From Terriglobales bacterium (lineage in GTDB: Bacteria > Acidobacteriota > Terriglobia > Terriglobales > Acidobacteriaceae), in the NCBI GenBank assembly GCA_035604895.1, contig DATNHO010000037.1:1-24000 (forward strand): a DNA stretch of 24,000 bases, read 5' to 3'. Position 1 is the first letter of the stretch; every line of letters starts with the position of its first letter. Shown here piece after piece: positions 22,167 to 24,000 of this stretch. Made by a program: the position numbers and the translations under genes. The notes under the pieces were generated by a model, which saw only the letters and a program-made list of their open reading frames with translations, did not search any database and was not told the DNA's origin.

Positions 22167-22451
22167 CTACTTCTCGACCTTCACGCCCTTCCAAAACGCC
22201 ACGTACCCCTTAATCTGCTTGGCCGCGGGCTTCGGCTCAGGATAAAACCAAGCTGCACCCTGATTCTGTTTGCCGTTCACCTCGAGGTCGTAGTAGCTGG
22301 CTGTGCCCTTCCAGGGACAAACGGAATGAGCGGGGCTGGGTTTGAAATATTCCTGTTTAATCGCGTCAGGCGGAAAATACTGGTTGCCTTCCACTTCCAC
22401 GCATTGGTTGGATTCAGCGAGAACCGTGCCTTCCCAGATTGCTTTTGACAT
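22167..22451 (-). CDS. DUF427 domain protein
   Basis: The 94-aa product WEGTVLAESNQCVEVEGNQYFPPDAI...SVCPWKGTASYYDLEVNGKQNQGAAWFYPEPKPAAKQIKGYVAFW matches the DUF427 pattern (CPWKG, YYD). Confidence 0.8.
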   Translation of the reverse strand: MSKAIWEGTVLAESNQCVEVEGNQYFPPDAIKQEYFKPSPAHSVCPWKGTASYYDLEVNGKQNQGAAWFYPEPKPAAKQIKGYVAFWKGVKVEK

Positions 22452-22473
22452 GTCATCAGTTTAGATTTCTCTT

Positions 22474-23406
22474 ATGGCTGGTGGCTTCGAAAAATTGGTT
22501 GCGGACGTAATGCCCTCAACCCCGGCTGAGCCCCGTTTCAACGGTCATTCCATGGTAGGCGCGTTGCAACGCGTGCTGGTGTGCTCACCGCGGACCGCCT
22601 GCTGGCATCAACCTGAGCGGGCCGCGCGCTGGCGGGAGCTCGGATTCGCTCATCCTCCGAATTTTCAGGTGGCTCAGTCGCAGCATGAGGCATTGTGTCG
22701 CGAACTGAGCGCGTGCGGCGCGGAGGTCGAGGACATCCCCCCGGCCATGGAGCTTTCGCTCGATGCCGTCTATGCCCACGACGCCTCGTTGCCGACAGAT
22801 TTTGGGTTGATTCTGATGCGTCCCGGCAAAGCCAACCGGGTTCCTGAAGGCAAACATCACGGGTCGTTCTGCCAGATTTTGGGCGTTCCCATGCTGGCCA
22901 AAATTACGGCTCCGGCAACGACGGAAGCCGGAGACATGGTTTGGCTCGATGCCAAGACGCTGCTCGTCGGCCACGGCTACCGCACCAACGCGCAGGGCGT
23001 ACAACAGATGCGCGGCCTGCTCAAGCCCAAGGGAGTGGAGGTTCTTTCTGCGCCGCTGCCGCACGGTCCGGGACCGTCGGCGTGCCTGCATTTGATGTCA
23101 CTGATTAGTTTGCTCGATGAGAAAACCGTGCTCGTCGACTTGCCATGGCTCGCGGTTGAGACTCTGGAGTTGCTGAGAGCGCGTGGCTATGACTTTATCG
23201 AGATTGACTATTCCGAGCGCGAGACCCTTGCCTGCAACGTGCTCTCGTTGGGCGAGAAGCGACTGCTTGCACTGGACGAAAACAAAAAGACCAATCAAAA
23301 GCTGCGCGCGGCAGGATTTGATGTCCGAACCTTCCCCGGTTCCGAGCTGTGCATCAACGGCAGCGGCGGCCCCACCTGCCTGACCCGGCCTTTGCTGCGC
23401 TCATAA
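22474..23406 (+). CDS. Guanidino-group-modifying enzyme, DDAH/amidinotransferase family
   Basis: It has the pattern ALQRVLVC..P; ...TEAGDMVWLDAKTLLVGHGYRTN...; and the C-terminal ELCINGSGGPTCLTRPL, which carries the superfamily nucleophile Cys. The start is uncertain: only 22 nt separate it from the divergent DUF427 start, and there is no SD. Confidence 0.75.
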   Translation: MAGGFEKLVADVMPSTPAEPRFNGHSMVGALQRVLVCSPRTACWHQPERAARWRELGFAHPPNFQVAQSQHEALCRELSACGAEVEDIPPAMELSLDAVYAHDASLPTDFGLILMRPGKANRVPEGKHHGSFCQILGVPMLAKITAPATTEAGDMVWLDAKTLLVGHGYRTNAQGVQQMRGLLKPKGVEVLSAPLPHGPGPSACLHLMSLISLLDEKTVLVDLPWLAVETLELLRARGYDFIEIDYSERETLACNVLSLGEKRLLALDENKKTNQKLRAAGFDVRTFPGSELCINGSGGPTCLTRPLLRS

Positions 23407-23437
23407 GGCCACCCCCTCTCGAACAACGGAAATGGAG

Positions 23438-23459
23438 AAGTGTTCCACGTGGAACACTT
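23438..23459. terminator. 22-bp perfect palindrome, candidate bidirectional terminator between convergent genes
   Basis: AAGTGTTCCAC|GTGGAACACTT folds as a 9-bp stem with an ACGT loop. It lies 32 nt after the DDAH-family stop and 18 nt after the minus-strand gene stop. No U-tract is present on either side. Confidence 0.45.
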
Positions 23460-23476
23460 TGCATCCCGGGCCCTTT

Positions 23477-23989
23477 TCAGCGAACTTGCAGGCTATCTAA
23501 CACGTGCTCGAAGGTCGGCAGCAAGGCTTCAAAGTCCGCCTCGGGAGCGACAAACACCGTGTACAGCAAGACGTGCGAGCGGCCCAGCAACGCAATCAGG
23601 CGCACGCGCTCGCGCAGTGGATGACCGTTTTCCTGCACTGCTGATTTGCCAAACCAATCCAGTTTCCTGGCGTCTCTGCCATGCAGTGTAAAAGCCAGTG
23701 GGCTATTGGCTATCTGAAGATCAGAATTGGCTTGTTCGATATCGGCCATCAGCTCGAGGAGACCGTCATCCAGTTCCTGGCTGCTTTTGCCTTTCGGTTG
23801 GAAACCGCTGATCATCAGCCCGTAGGCGAGAGTGCCGTTCAAATATCCTCCCTCAGGATAGATGGTTACGCTTGTCGAGTCAGCATCGCCGTCGATTCGC
23901 CAGTTCTCCGGATAGCGAAGCGCGTAGGCCACGTGCTGAAAGTCGCGGAAGTTGGAGCTGGCAATGTTCTGCATCGACAATCTAGACAT
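23477..23989 (-). CDS. Hypothetical protein (at least 170 aa; may extend beyond the window)
   Basis: The ORF has coding-like composition. The reading frame stays open upstream of ATG 23989 to the window edge, so the true start may be outside. No signal peptide or family recognised. Confidence 0.55.
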   Translation of the reverse strand: MSRLSMQNIASSNFRDFQHVAYALRYPENWRIDGDADSTSVTIYPEGGYLNGTLAYGLMISGFQPKGKSSQELDDGLLELMADIEQANSDLQIANSPLAFTLHGRDARKLDWFGKSAVQENGHPLRERVRLIALLGRSHVLLYTVFVAPEADFEALLPTFEHVLDSLQVR

Positions 23990-24000
23990 GAGGGCGGGCT

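Overview
This is a GC-rich chromosomal segment that is densely coding on both strands. The gene content (GloVer-repeat propeller, tonB-exbB-exbD-exbD-TPR cluster, OprB-like porin, many P/A-rich secreted hypotheticals) suggests an Acidobacteriota-like diderm genome; that assignment is an inference, not a search result.

Gene order:
- secD (5'-partial) and secF.
- tonB-exbB-exbD-exbD-TPR lipoprotein.
- A small CxxC...CxxC ORF, then a membrane-anchored hypothetical.
- A secreted GloVer-repeat beta-propeller.
- A convergent 474-aa P/A/S-rich secreted hypothetical.
- bcp peroxiredoxin and an Mpg/AAG-type 3-methyladenine glycosylase.
- panB-lipoprotein-panC on the minus strand.
- Two adjacent type II toxin-antitoxin (TA) modules: AbrB-type vapB/PIN vapC, then Xre(DUF2384)/RES.
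- Deoxynucleoside kinase, a CE4 polysaccharide deacetylase and hemL.
- A CsoR/RcnR-family repressor, divergent from a 536-bp regulatory region, a candidate 67-codon ORF and an OprB-like porin.
- A second vapBC module.
- DUF427, a DDAH/amidinotransferase-family enzyme, and a possibly 5'-partial hypothetical.

I recognised no rRNA, tRNA, CRISPR array, transposase or integrase. I do not see a convincing large novel multi-gene system such as a defence island.

The items most worth a second look are:
1. The RcnR-like (Cys-His-His) repressor, whose G6-tract operator sits inside a promoter aimed at an unrecognised small ORF and the porin.
2. Three TA operons that all look leaderless, with translationally coupled toxins (two using TTG starts).
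3. A 17-nt tandem repeat array that reiterates the 3' end of the TPR gene.
4. A 25-bp stem filling the secD-secF spacer.
5. A canonical-looking terminator oriented against both flanking genes between hemL and the repressor gene.

All calls rest on reading the translations and sequence by eye. No database search was run.
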